IMG/VR virus record: IMGVR_UViG_3300032893_000003
Coordinates: 142,633-175,168 of that record
Source of the DNA: a virus
Lineage: Duplodnaviria; Heunggongvirae; Uroviricota; Caudoviricetes
Reading direction: 5' to 3' (one strand)
Length of the DNA stretch: 32,536 nt
This document shows positions 9,148 to 16,823 of the stretch, one piece after another. Below the pieces are notes generated by a model. The model was not told the DNA's origin, did not search any database, and saw only the letters and a list, made by a program, of their open reading frames with translations. Each line of letters starts with the position of its first letter. Position 1 is the first letter of the stretch. Made by a program: the position numbers and the translations under genes.

Positions 9148-11700
9148 ATGGAATTACCAATTATAACATTTATTCAGGCACGACTTCAGGAAGCAAATCC
9201 GGCGTTTGATACGCGGCAAGGGTCAGCGCACTATGACCTTTTTGTGCAGCCTCAAGAGTTCATGCTCCAGCCTTTAAATGATTATATGAGCCAAAGACGA
9301 GTTGGACAAAGTGTAAGACAAATGCTCTTGGATCCGACTCCGGACACCCCGACCACGTTTGCATCAAGCGATGTTGACGATCTTGCAAGCAATTTCTATA
9401 TCACCCGCGATCAGGGAAGTCTGGCTTTCACGACCGCAAGAGTCTATTACATCACTCCCAAGGCTTTATCTTTTCCGGCGCTTACAGCACAATTTACGGC
9501 GGGCTCTTTGAATTTCTTTAACTCTACCGACTTTACCCTTAGCGCTGCAGATATGGCTCTGCAGTCGGATGGTTCTCTTTTCTATGCTGATATTCCCGTT
9601 CAATCTGAGGCCGCGGGCAGCCAGTACAACGTTGATCCAGGATCTATCACTGCCATACTTAATGATCCCGACGCTGTGCGAGTCACGAATCTTTTTAAAG
9701 CAGTCGATGGTTTACCTGCACAAACCAACACCCAGCTTCTCAACCAAATCCCCAACTCTATTGGGGTACGCGACCTTGAAACTGATAAGGGCATTAACGC
9801 CATTCTCAATCAGAACTTTCCGTTCCTTCAGCAAATCGTCCCGATCGGAATGGGGGATCCCGAAATGCAGCGGGATATTCAATATAATATCCATACTGGT
9901 GCCAAGACCGATGTTTACCTGAAAACGCCTAATCTCACGACTGGAACGTTCACGGCTAAGGGTCTTGTCATTGATACGACCCGTGAGATCCCGCGCAACT
10001 TTCATATTGAGATGGCAAGATCACTTTCGGACTCTGAATTTCCAGCCGATACCGGAACGCCGAGCATTGTCTCTGGCTCAGTAGTTGTTAAAGAAGACAT
10101 CATCGAAACGGCTGCGTCTTTACAAAGCGTTTATATTTCTCCCGTCTCGGGCATCGACTTAAGCTCTACACAGTGGCTGAACATAACAATTGATAGCCGC
10201 GCGCCAGTCCAGGTGAAAGTCGCCGGCGCAATTCCGACACAGACAAGACTTTTTGAGATCATCAATGCCATCAACGCAGGTGTAGGACTCGTCGTCGCTA
10301 CGGCCGGTCCAGGCAATACTTTTACGATCACAAGTCCTACGATTGGGGCTGGCTCTCAGATTTCAATTAACGCCACGACATTGCCGATTTTGACCGCCAA
10401 TAACGCAGCTGACGTTCTTTTTGGAATTAGTTTGGGAAGTCTGCCTAAGGTCCTCACTGGGGTTGTAGCAAATACTTACCTTGAGAGTGTCGACTACACG
10501 GTGGATTACGCAACTGGGGCTATTTATCAGACGCCGTTCACTATAGCACAACGTGGACTTCATCAGTCCATTACTTCGGGTCAAACGATGGTTCCTTCAG
10601 TTAGTAACGCTGGAACTGGCGGAAAGATTCAGCTTGTCGGCGTCAATTATCAGTTTCAAGACAATGCTGCAAACGCCTTCGATACAGTTCCTCTTGTCTA
10701 TGTTCGCCCAGGTGATGAGCTGACAATTACAAGCATTAATGGATTTTCATCCGGAACCCAGATCGGAATCTCCATTCCCTCAACATACATTGTCTCTGAT
10801 GTTCTTTCTGGGAATGCTTTGTCACTTGCTGGATTTAATCCAACAGGAACGAGCACGAACGTCACCTACTCTATTGTCAGTACGCAAACAGTTAACATTT
10901 CCTACAAATACAATCCGATAAGCATCGACATCGGCTCACAAGTGCTCTTACCAGACGGGACCCGCGGCATACGACCGGGGCGCTCTGCTTTTACGATCAC
11001 AGATGTGCCTTTCATAAAAATTCTATCTATCCAGCAAGTTGACCCAAATACTCTCGAACCTTTGGGCAGTCCACTAGTTCAACCAAGTGGCTACGGGGCT
11101 GCAGGTTATGGTCAGGGCGGATATGGTCAAGGTGCTAGCGGCGATTACATTTTTTATGTCAATTCCCCGACTGAGCGGTTTTCTGTCTTTGAGGACTCAG
11201 TCATTGTGTTTAATGAAAACGCTTTGGGGCTGAGTTACACGGTGACCTACTACTATAACCCAGAACTTGTTGCGATCCACAATCTCACCCGCAACGATAC
11301 AGAGCGAGTCACTGGAGCAGATATCTTGGTGAAAAGTATGGTCCCTTGTTTTGTCGATATGACGATTGGGATTAGACGAGATCCTACAAACATAAACACA
11401 CCAGCTGATGCAGACTTGGCAACGCTGGTTGAACAACTGGTCAACGCCGTCGTTTCTCCAAATGGATTAAAAGAATCCGCCATTGAAGCACTTCTTATGG
11501 GAGAGGGTGTTGCCTCAGTTCAAACCCCTTTTACAATGCTTGGGACCGTCTATAACACAGACGGCTCGACATCGATTATTCAAAGTACAGATGTTCTTCA
11601 AGTGCCTACCCCCACCCTTCCATCGCAAACTGATAACTTCACAACAGCGCGGATTTCTCATTTCTGGCCTGGCAACATTTCAGTCGTCGAGGTTACATGA
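9148..11700 (+). CDS. Baseplate J-like (gp6-type) wedge protein with inserted domains
   Basis: The N-terminus FIQARLQEANPAFDTRQGSAHYDLFVQP, the segment IPVQSEAAGSQYNVDPGSI...VTNLFKAVDGLPAQTN and the C-terminal PCFVDMTI...SVQTP fit baseplate J architecture. Confidence 0.75.
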   Translation: MELPIITFIQARLQEANPAFDTRQGSAHYDLFVQPQEFMLQPLNDYMSQRRVGQSVRQMLLDPTPDTPTTFASSDVDDLASNFYITRDQGSLAFTTARVYYITPKALSFPALTAQFTAGSLNFFNSTDFTLSAADMALQSDGSLFYADIPVQSEAAGSQYNVDPGSITAILNDPDAVRVTNLFKAVDGLPAQTNTQLLNQIPNSIGVRDLETDKGINAILNQNFPFLQQIVPIGMGDPEMQRDIQYNIHTGAKTDVYLKTPNLTTGTFTAKGLVIDTTREIPRNFHIEMARSLSDSEFPADTGTPSIVSGSVVVKEDIIETAASLQSVYISPVSGIDLSSTQWLNITIDSRAPVQVKVAGAIPTQTRLFEIINAINAGVGLVVATAGPGNTFTITSPTIGAGSQISINATTLPILTANNAADVLFGISLGSLPKVLTGVVANTYLESVDYTVDYATGAIYQTPFTIAQRGLHQSITSGQTMVPSVSNAGTGGKIQLVGVNYQFQDNAANAFDTVPLVYVRPGDELTITSINGFSSGTQIGISIPSTYIVSDVLSGNALSLAGFNPTGTSTNVTYSIVSTQTVNISYKYNPISIDIGSQVLLPDGTRGIRPGRSAFTITDVPFIKILSIQQVDPNTLEPLGSPLVQPSGYGAAGYGQGGYGQGASGDYIFYVNSPTERFSVFEDSVIVFNENALGLSYTVTYYYNPELVAIHNLTRNDTERVTGADILVKSMVPCFVDMTIGIRRDPTNINTPADADLATLVEQLVNAVVSPNGLKESAIEALLMGEGVASVQTPFTMLGTVYNTDGSTSIIQSTDVLQVPTPTLPSQTDNFTTARISHFWPGNISVVEVT

Positions 11701-12128
11701 TGTTAGCTCTGTTCTTGCAAGGCTTTATGAAGACAGCTGACGTGGCCAATATAGTCAATACTGTTGGGCGCGCCGCAAAGCAAACGCAGACGGGTCAGCA
11801 GCTCATTCAAGCCGGACAAGACACGCTAAAGTCAAATCCAATGCTAAAGAAGCTTAGAAATATCAACATACTGGGTGGAGCTACGGCAACTTCGACAGCA
11901 GCAGCGCCCCAGATCATGAAAACAGTTCAACCTGTGTCAAAAATACCTCGTCCAAGCCTTTCAATAAAGGATGCTAATCGTTTAGAATTCAATATGGGAA
12001 GGTTTACCGCAACCGCTGGCCGCCAGGGTCTGAATGCTCAGCTTGGCTTAGGTGGTGGATTGGGTTTAAACGCCTCGCAACGCGGCGGTGAGCGATATGC
12101 AGGCTTTATGTTTAGAAAGGAATTTTAA
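11697..12128 (+). CDS. Small basic hypothetical protein with N-terminal FLQGFMKTA motif
   Basis: ATGA overlap with the J-like gene; Gly-rich beta-like C-terminus. Confidence 0.65.
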   Translation: MMLALFLQGFMKTADVANIVNTVGRAAKQTQTGQQLIQAGQDTLKSNPMLKKLRNINILGGATATSTAAAPQIMKTVQPVSKIPRPSLSIKDANRLEFNMGRFTATAGRQGLNAQLGLGGGLGLNASQRGGERYAGFMFRKEF

Positions 12129-12130
12129 CC

Positions 12131-12577
12131 ATGCCATTTAAAAGTAAGGCTCAACAGCGCTTTATGTTTGCCGCAGAAAAACGCGGCGATCTTCCGGAAG
12201 GGACAGCCGAAGAGTGGGCTCATCACACCCCAAATATAAAGGCTCTGCCTGAGCACGTAAAAAAGAAAAAGAAGAAAAAGAAAACTGAAGATCAACACGC
12301 TAAGGCTGCTGAAGATCAAACTCATCCGGACATTCCTCCTAAAGGGGATACATTCAATTCTCCGTGGACACAAGGGATGCAGATTGAGGGGAATTTCCAA
12401 AAAGCTAGTGCCGAAGGTCCGCCAAAAACGATGAAGCAAATTGCAGGAAGCACGGACAGGGCTTTGCAAAGATATAACGAGCGCATTATGGCTAAAATCC
12501 ACGGCGTTGAAAGGATAAAGCCCAGCGGATTTTTGCGTGGCTTTGGTAACGTCGCAAAGGCGGCAGTTAAAACATGA
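12131..12577 (+). CDS. Small basic protein with MPFKSKAQ-type N-terminal domain, poly-Lys tract and C-terminal FLRGF motif
   Basis: MPFKSKAQQRFMFAAEKRGDLP...EWAHHTP..KALPEHV resembles a short, uncharacterised phage protein family (recalled, not searched). It carries eight consecutive Lys. Confidence 0.7.
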   Translation: MPFKSKAQQRFMFAAEKRGDLPEGTAEEWAHHTPNIKALPEHVKKKKKKKKTEDQHAKAAEDQTHPDIPPKGDTFNSPWTQGMQIEGNFQKASAEGPPKTMKQIAGSTDRALQRYNERIMAKIHGVERIKPSGFLRGFGNVAKAAVKT

Positions 12578-12882
12578 GTTTTGTAAACGGGTTCTTAAAA
12601 ATGTCTAACGGCAATCTGCCGATGGAAGCTGCGGTTGAGTATAATCTTAATCGCGATATGCAGGATATGGTTCCAGGTTCCTCTCTAAGAGGGGACGCTG
12701 AAACTGGTCAATTCCGCGGCGGTAATGGCAGAACTCGTGGAGTATTGAACGAGAACAAAGAATTTGGAAAACAGTATAAACGTAAAGCGCAATCGGCGCG
12801 TGGAGGACATCACTTTGGCGTCACGATTTCTGATGGGTTTTCACAAGACGGCAACCAGCAGCAAATGGTACCACTCACCTAA
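12574..12882 (+). CDS. Small hypothetical protein with N-terminal FVNGFLKMS motif
   Basis: ATGA overlap with the previous gene; shares the motif of its neighbours. Confidence 0.6.
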   Translation: MSFVNGFLKMSNGNLPMEAAVEYNLNRDMQDMVPGSSLRGDAETGQFRGGNGRTRGVLNENKEFGKQYKRKAQSARGGHHFGVTISDGFSQDGNQQQMVPLT

Positions 12883-13042
12883 GCATCTGGATCTTGCGGG
12901 TCTTGGGGCACTTGCTATTCCGACGGTTTATCATGGCTATAAAGCCATTAAAGAAAAAGATAAAGGCGGAGCTGTAGCTGCAGGCGGGGAACTTGCAGGG
13001 CTTGGTCTTTTAGCTCGGGCTGTGCAAAAAGGACATAAGTAA
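12815..13042 (+). CDS. Small hypothetical protein (75 aa), MASRFLMGFHKTA..., with hydrophobic Gly/Ala segments
   Basis: Start re-assigned from 12764 to TTG 12815. SD GGAGGA at 12802-12807 lies 7 nt upstream, and this start places the shared motif at the N-terminus. The stop abuts the next GTG start. Confidence 0.6.
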   Translation: MASRFLMGFHKTATSSKWYHSPKHLDLAGLGALAIPTVYHGYKAIKEKDKGGAVAAGGELAGLGLLARAVQKGHK

Positions 13043-14692
13043 GTGGCAGATTCCCAGTATATTTTTGATTATCTCAACGATGTCTGGGATTTGCTTCCGG
13101 AATCAGATCGCATTATCTTCGGCGAAACGTGGAAAGCCTATGAGCAAACTTATGGCTATGTTTGGATGCAGCAGTTTGAGATTGATCTTGCAAACACCAT
13201 CACAAACTTACCTCTCTACAACATTAAGCGCTGGCTTCAGCACACATTCGATGCGACCACACAGCTCAACTTAACGGCGAGCTATACAAGCCCTCAAGGT
13301 CTTGCGCCAAGTGTTGATTTGCAAGATCGGTATCTAATCAAATTTTCTATTGATGGCGGCACTCCGATTGAGTATGACCTACGCGGTGCTGTTCCGGCGA
13401 CGACTTTTTTATTTGAAATTGTAAATATAATTAACGCTGACTTCGGCGGTAAAATAGCTTCAGCCGTCGATAACAATCAGCTTTTAAAAATTACAAGCCT
13501 GACGAGCGGACCGACAAGCTCCATCGAATTCTTAGCCGTTTCAGATGCAACAAAAGATGCAACTGCAATAGTTCTGGGTCTTGATCCGATGAGCCAGATA
13601 CCGTTTAAGATCCCCCAATTTCCTTACGCCTATCAGCTTGGCGAATCAGATATAGTCCATATTCCCACTTTGCAGGACACAATACATGACGAACTCGTGA
13701 CTGTCCTGCTAACTGAGAATGTCGATTATCAGATCGCGTTCGGTACAGCAGTTATTATGTTCGCAGCCATCCCACCAACGATGATGTGGGCTAAAGATAC
13801 GCTCTGCAATTTGGAGACGCCGTACAATAACTTTGGCTATCTCATGGGGTTCTACGACAAGAACACTCCGGCATATCTAAAAGCTGTCGAAGGATTGTGG
13901 TTTGCGTACTGGACAGGGCCGCGACCCGAGAATATTAAGCGATCTCTCTATCTGCTGTTCGGCTTACCTACAGCGAGCAAAGACGGAACCGTTACCTCCG
14001 TTACTATGACGACTATCGCATTGTCCTATACGGACGGCACTTCGGAATCGTTCCAAATTCCCCCGAATCTTGATGCCATCGTTGTGGCAGGTCAAGCCGT
14101 GGTTAAATTTCAGCCTCTTGTGTCTGGCATCAATGTCTACGATAAAATCAATTATCCTGGCTTCTTAGAGAAAGAGGTCGGACGGCCAGCTGTGCAGCCG
14201 TTTTTAACACAGTTTGCATCGCGCGGTACGGATCCCAACACGGATGAGTCTAAAGCGCTGACGCTGCTCGAGCAAACGACCTATCTCCCTCAGATTAACG
14301 TAAACGCGTTTATAAGCTCGACAATTAATCTTGCTAACGTTCAGACGTTCTTAAAAACCATTCAGCCCAGAAGCCGCACGTATTTGCTGCAGGTTTTGAT
14401 CGGTATCTTCAAAGACCAGCTGTTCCTATCAGAAGAGGGGCTAACTCCACTTACGACGCCATCGTGGCCTAACGGGGAGCCAGCTCTAGGTCTTAATATC
14501 AGTTTCGACGCGACGTCCAATGTGGACTGGAATAACAACACAATGGGCAACCAGGATACATGGGATGAGGCCGAATCCAACCCCTATACATATCTGACAA
14601 TTGATGATTCGATGATTCAGTTTGGGGATTTTGGCGCGATAGACGTGTATCAAGGCGTGCTTTTAATCGACAGCTTTACGATTGAAGGATAA
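13043..14692 (+). CDS. Second baseplate wedge protein (gp7 / P2 gpI-like position)
   Basis: It follows the J-like gene and contains YLKAVEGLWFAYWTGPRPENIKRSLYLLFGLP and FLKTIQPRSRTY segments typical of wedge proteins. TAA is followed directly by GTG. Confidence 0.55.
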   Translation: MADSQYIFDYLNDVWDLLPESDRIIFGETWKAYEQTYGYVWMQQFEIDLANTITNLPLYNIKRWLQHTFDATTQLNLTASYTSPQGLAPSVDLQDRYLIKFSIDGGTPIEYDLRGAVPATTFLFEIVNIINADFGGKIASAVDNNQLLKITSLTSGPTSSIEFLAVSDATKDATAIVLGLDPMSQIPFKIPQFPYAYQLGESDIVHIPTLQDTIHDELVTVLLTENVDYQIAFGTAVIMFAAIPPTMMWAKDTLCNLETPYNNFGYLMGFYDKNTPAYLKAVEGLWFAYWTGPRPENIKRSLYLLFGLPTASKDGTVTSVTMTTIALSYTDGTSESFQIPPNLDAIVVAGQAVVKFQPLVSGINVYDKINYPGFLEKEVGRPAVQPFLTQFASRGTDPNTDESKALTLLEQTTYLPQINVNAFISSTINLANVQTFLKTIQPRSRTYLLQVLIGIFKDQLFLSEEGLTPLTTPSWPNGEPALGLNISFDATSNVDWNNNTMGNQDTWDEAESNPYTYLTIDDSMIQFGDFGAIDVYQGVLLIDSFTIEG

Positions 14693-15515
14693 AATGCAGA
14701 CTATGGCTAAAAATTCTGGCGGCTTTAGAAGCTCTGCCAACTTGATCGAAGGTAAGGTAGAGATTTTTGCTTATAAAAAAGGAGTGCTTTTTGACCATCA
14801 GGTCTTAAAGAATATCCTTCTTTATCAAGGTCTTGCGGAAGTCATTAGAACTCTTTGCACGATTTCTCCCGGGACCACTCCTCGCGTTGTTACGCGTATG
14901 TGTGTCGGCGACCAAGGAACAATCCCTTCAGACCAGACAGTTCCTAAAGTTCCTGTTAAAAATATGTCAGGGCTCTTTCACGAAGTTTACCGTAAGGATG
15001 TGGATAGCACAGTTCCCACGATCTTTTCGCCCACGGGCTTTACCTACACTGGCGACACGACCTTTAATCAGAACACTTTGACTAACCTGTCTTCAACGGC
15101 CGGTATCACAAATGGTATGGTCGTGACAGGCACTGGCATCCCTGCCGGAAGTGTTGTGGTTCAGATCATAAATCCTAACACAGTTCAGATATCAAATCTC
15201 GCGACTTCGTCAAACACAGGCATCAACATCACTTTCGCGGGGACCACAAACCAGTGTCAGTTTAATGCTACCTTCAATGCTGTCGACGTGCCGCTGACCG
15301 CGTTTTCAAATCCATCGAATCCACTTATCAATGAAATTGGACTCGTAATCATCGATCCTACTGCGGCCGGTGGAATTACGAGAAGCCCTGTTGCTGCACC
15401 CAATGCGCCGGATTCAGATGAAGTGGTCATGTCGATCAGGACTTTCAGCAGCGTTCCGTTTCAAGCTGCCAACGATATCTCTATTAACGTTCGCTACACA
15501 TTGTTTACGGAGTAA
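14682..15515 (+). CDS. Tail-collar / fibre-attachment baseplate protein with an inserted beta module
   Basis: EGKVEIF...KNILLYQGL...RMCVGDQG...INEIGL...IRTFSSV pattern of P2 gpH N-terminal-like proteins. The start codon is uncertain (14682, 14694 or 14703). Confidence 0.6.
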   Translation: MKDKMQTMAKNSGGFRSSANLIEGKVEIFAYKKGVLFDHQVLKNILLYQGLAEVIRTLCTISPGTTPRVVTRMCVGDQGTIPSDQTVPKVPVKNMSGLFHEVYRKDVDSTVPTIFSPTGFTYTGDTTFNQNTLTNLSSTAGITNGMVVTGTGIPAGSVVVQIINPNTVQISNLATSSNTGINITFAGTTNQCQFNATFNAVDVPLTAFSNPSNPLINEIGLVIIDPTAAGGITRSPVAAPNAPDSDEVVMSIRTFSSVPFQAANDISINVRYTLFTE

Positions 15516-15518
15516 GCC

Positions 15519-16820
15519 ATGGCAACTAAAACCCCAAATCTAGGTTTAATATTACCGGCAAACGGGGAGTTTTTTAATACATGGGATCAGCCCATGAACT
15601 TCAATCTGACCACGATTGACACTGCCATTGGCAATGTCGAGGCAGAAATTGAAGCTGCCCGCGGCACTCAACCAGATCTAAATACGAGATTATCAGTATC
15701 GCTGAATGCAGACGGTTCTTTAATCGCTTCTCCGGAAGCAGCAGCCGCAAGGGTTTCTTCGATCTATGGCGGGTTTTTACAGAGCGGTCCTGCGTTTGAA
15801 CTCAATGACCGCCTCGAAGCCGGCGATCGAGAAGTTTTCGATGCACGCCAGGCTTTGCCAGGACTCATAGATTCTCTTGCATGGGGACCAGATCAGAATA
15901 AAGATAACTGCGTTTTATCGGCAGCTAATAATTATCTTACCTATACCGGAGCAGTCGTTAGCTTAAATGGTAGTGTGACGCCGATGATAGCCAATATCAA
16001 TGGCTATCGCCAAGCCGTTAGAACGATAAAGACAACTACAATTTCTGGCGGCGTTGGTACTTATTACCTGACACTCACGCGGACAGCGGGAGGGGTTATT
16101 TACCTCACGGTCGCTGGACAAGGGAGCATCAGCACCTATGCCGGCAATGGGCTTCTTGCAAAATTTACTGATACAACCACTAACTTTATCGCCTCTGGTG
16201 TTAAAGTTGGTGATGTACTTAACATCACGGGTCCGGCATTGGATCCGAACATCGATCGCTATGTTGTGCTTGCAACCAATAATGAAGATGCCGTCAATTT
16301 GACTGTTAACGATGTCGCCATCTATGGTCAGTTTAAGGCTGCAAGCGCTAGTCTTGACTACACGTTTACTAACCAAGTCGATGCGACACTGGGCTTCACA
16401 AGCACAGCTCATGCGAAGTCCTTTACTCGAGTTGCCGATAAGATTTATCTCGGACGCTGCGGTTTTGATGGAACGAACGTCACTTCACTTATTATCTATC
16501 AAAGCCTTGGTGTTTACAGTGGTTTTACAAGCATCTCATTACTTAGCGGAAACTTCTCGTCTGTGGTCTCTCATAACCTTGGTTATTTTCCGAGTAAGAT
16601 CCACTTTTACGGAAGCCAGGCCAATGATTTTTCTCAGCCCCTAGAACCCTTGTCCGTTTCTGCTCTGAGCTCTGGATCGCAAACGCTCTTGCGATCGGTG
16701 ATTGCAAAAGCTGATGATCTGACGATCTCGGTGAAGAATGCTACGAACGGCGTATTCTACCAAGATTTTGGCGGAACAAGTCAGACGAGCGGTTATCTTT
16801 ATATCGTAGCAGAGAGGTAA
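15519..16820 (+). CDS. Tail fibre / baseplate-associated structural protein
   Basis: N-terminal MATKTPNLGLILPANGEFFNTWDQPMNFNLTTID is a common fibre anchor motif; the rest is beta-rich. Confidence 0.65.
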   Translation: MATKTPNLGLILPANGEFFNTWDQPMNFNLTTIDTAIGNVEAEIEAARGTQPDLNTRLSVSLNADGSLIASPEAAAARVSSIYGGFLQSGPAFELNDRLEAGDREVFDARQALPGLIDSLAWGPDQNKDNCVLSAANNYLTYTGAVVSLNGSVTPMIANINGYRQAVRTIKTTTISGGVGTYYLTLTRTAGGVIYLTVAGQGSISTYAGNGLLAKFTDTTTNFIASGVKVGDVLNITGPALDPNIDRYVVLATNNEDAVNLTVNDVAIYGQFKAASASLDYTFTNQVDATLGFTSTAHAKSFTRVADKIYLGRCGFDGTNVTSLIIYQSLGVYSGFTSISLLSGNFSSVVSHNLGYFPSKIHFYGSQANDFSQPLEPLSVSALSSGSQTLLRSVIAKADDLTISVKNATNGVFYQDFGGTSQTSGYLYIVAER

Positions 16821-16823
16821 TAA

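Noticed and set aside
12285-12319. Direct repeat CTGAAGATCAA x2 with 24-nt spacing
   Set aside because: It encodes the short EDQ peptide duplication; it is too short to imply a DNA-level element.
12764-12814. Track start TTG 12764
   Set aside because: No SD; TTG 12815 has GGAGGA at 7 nt and places the family motif at the N-terminus.
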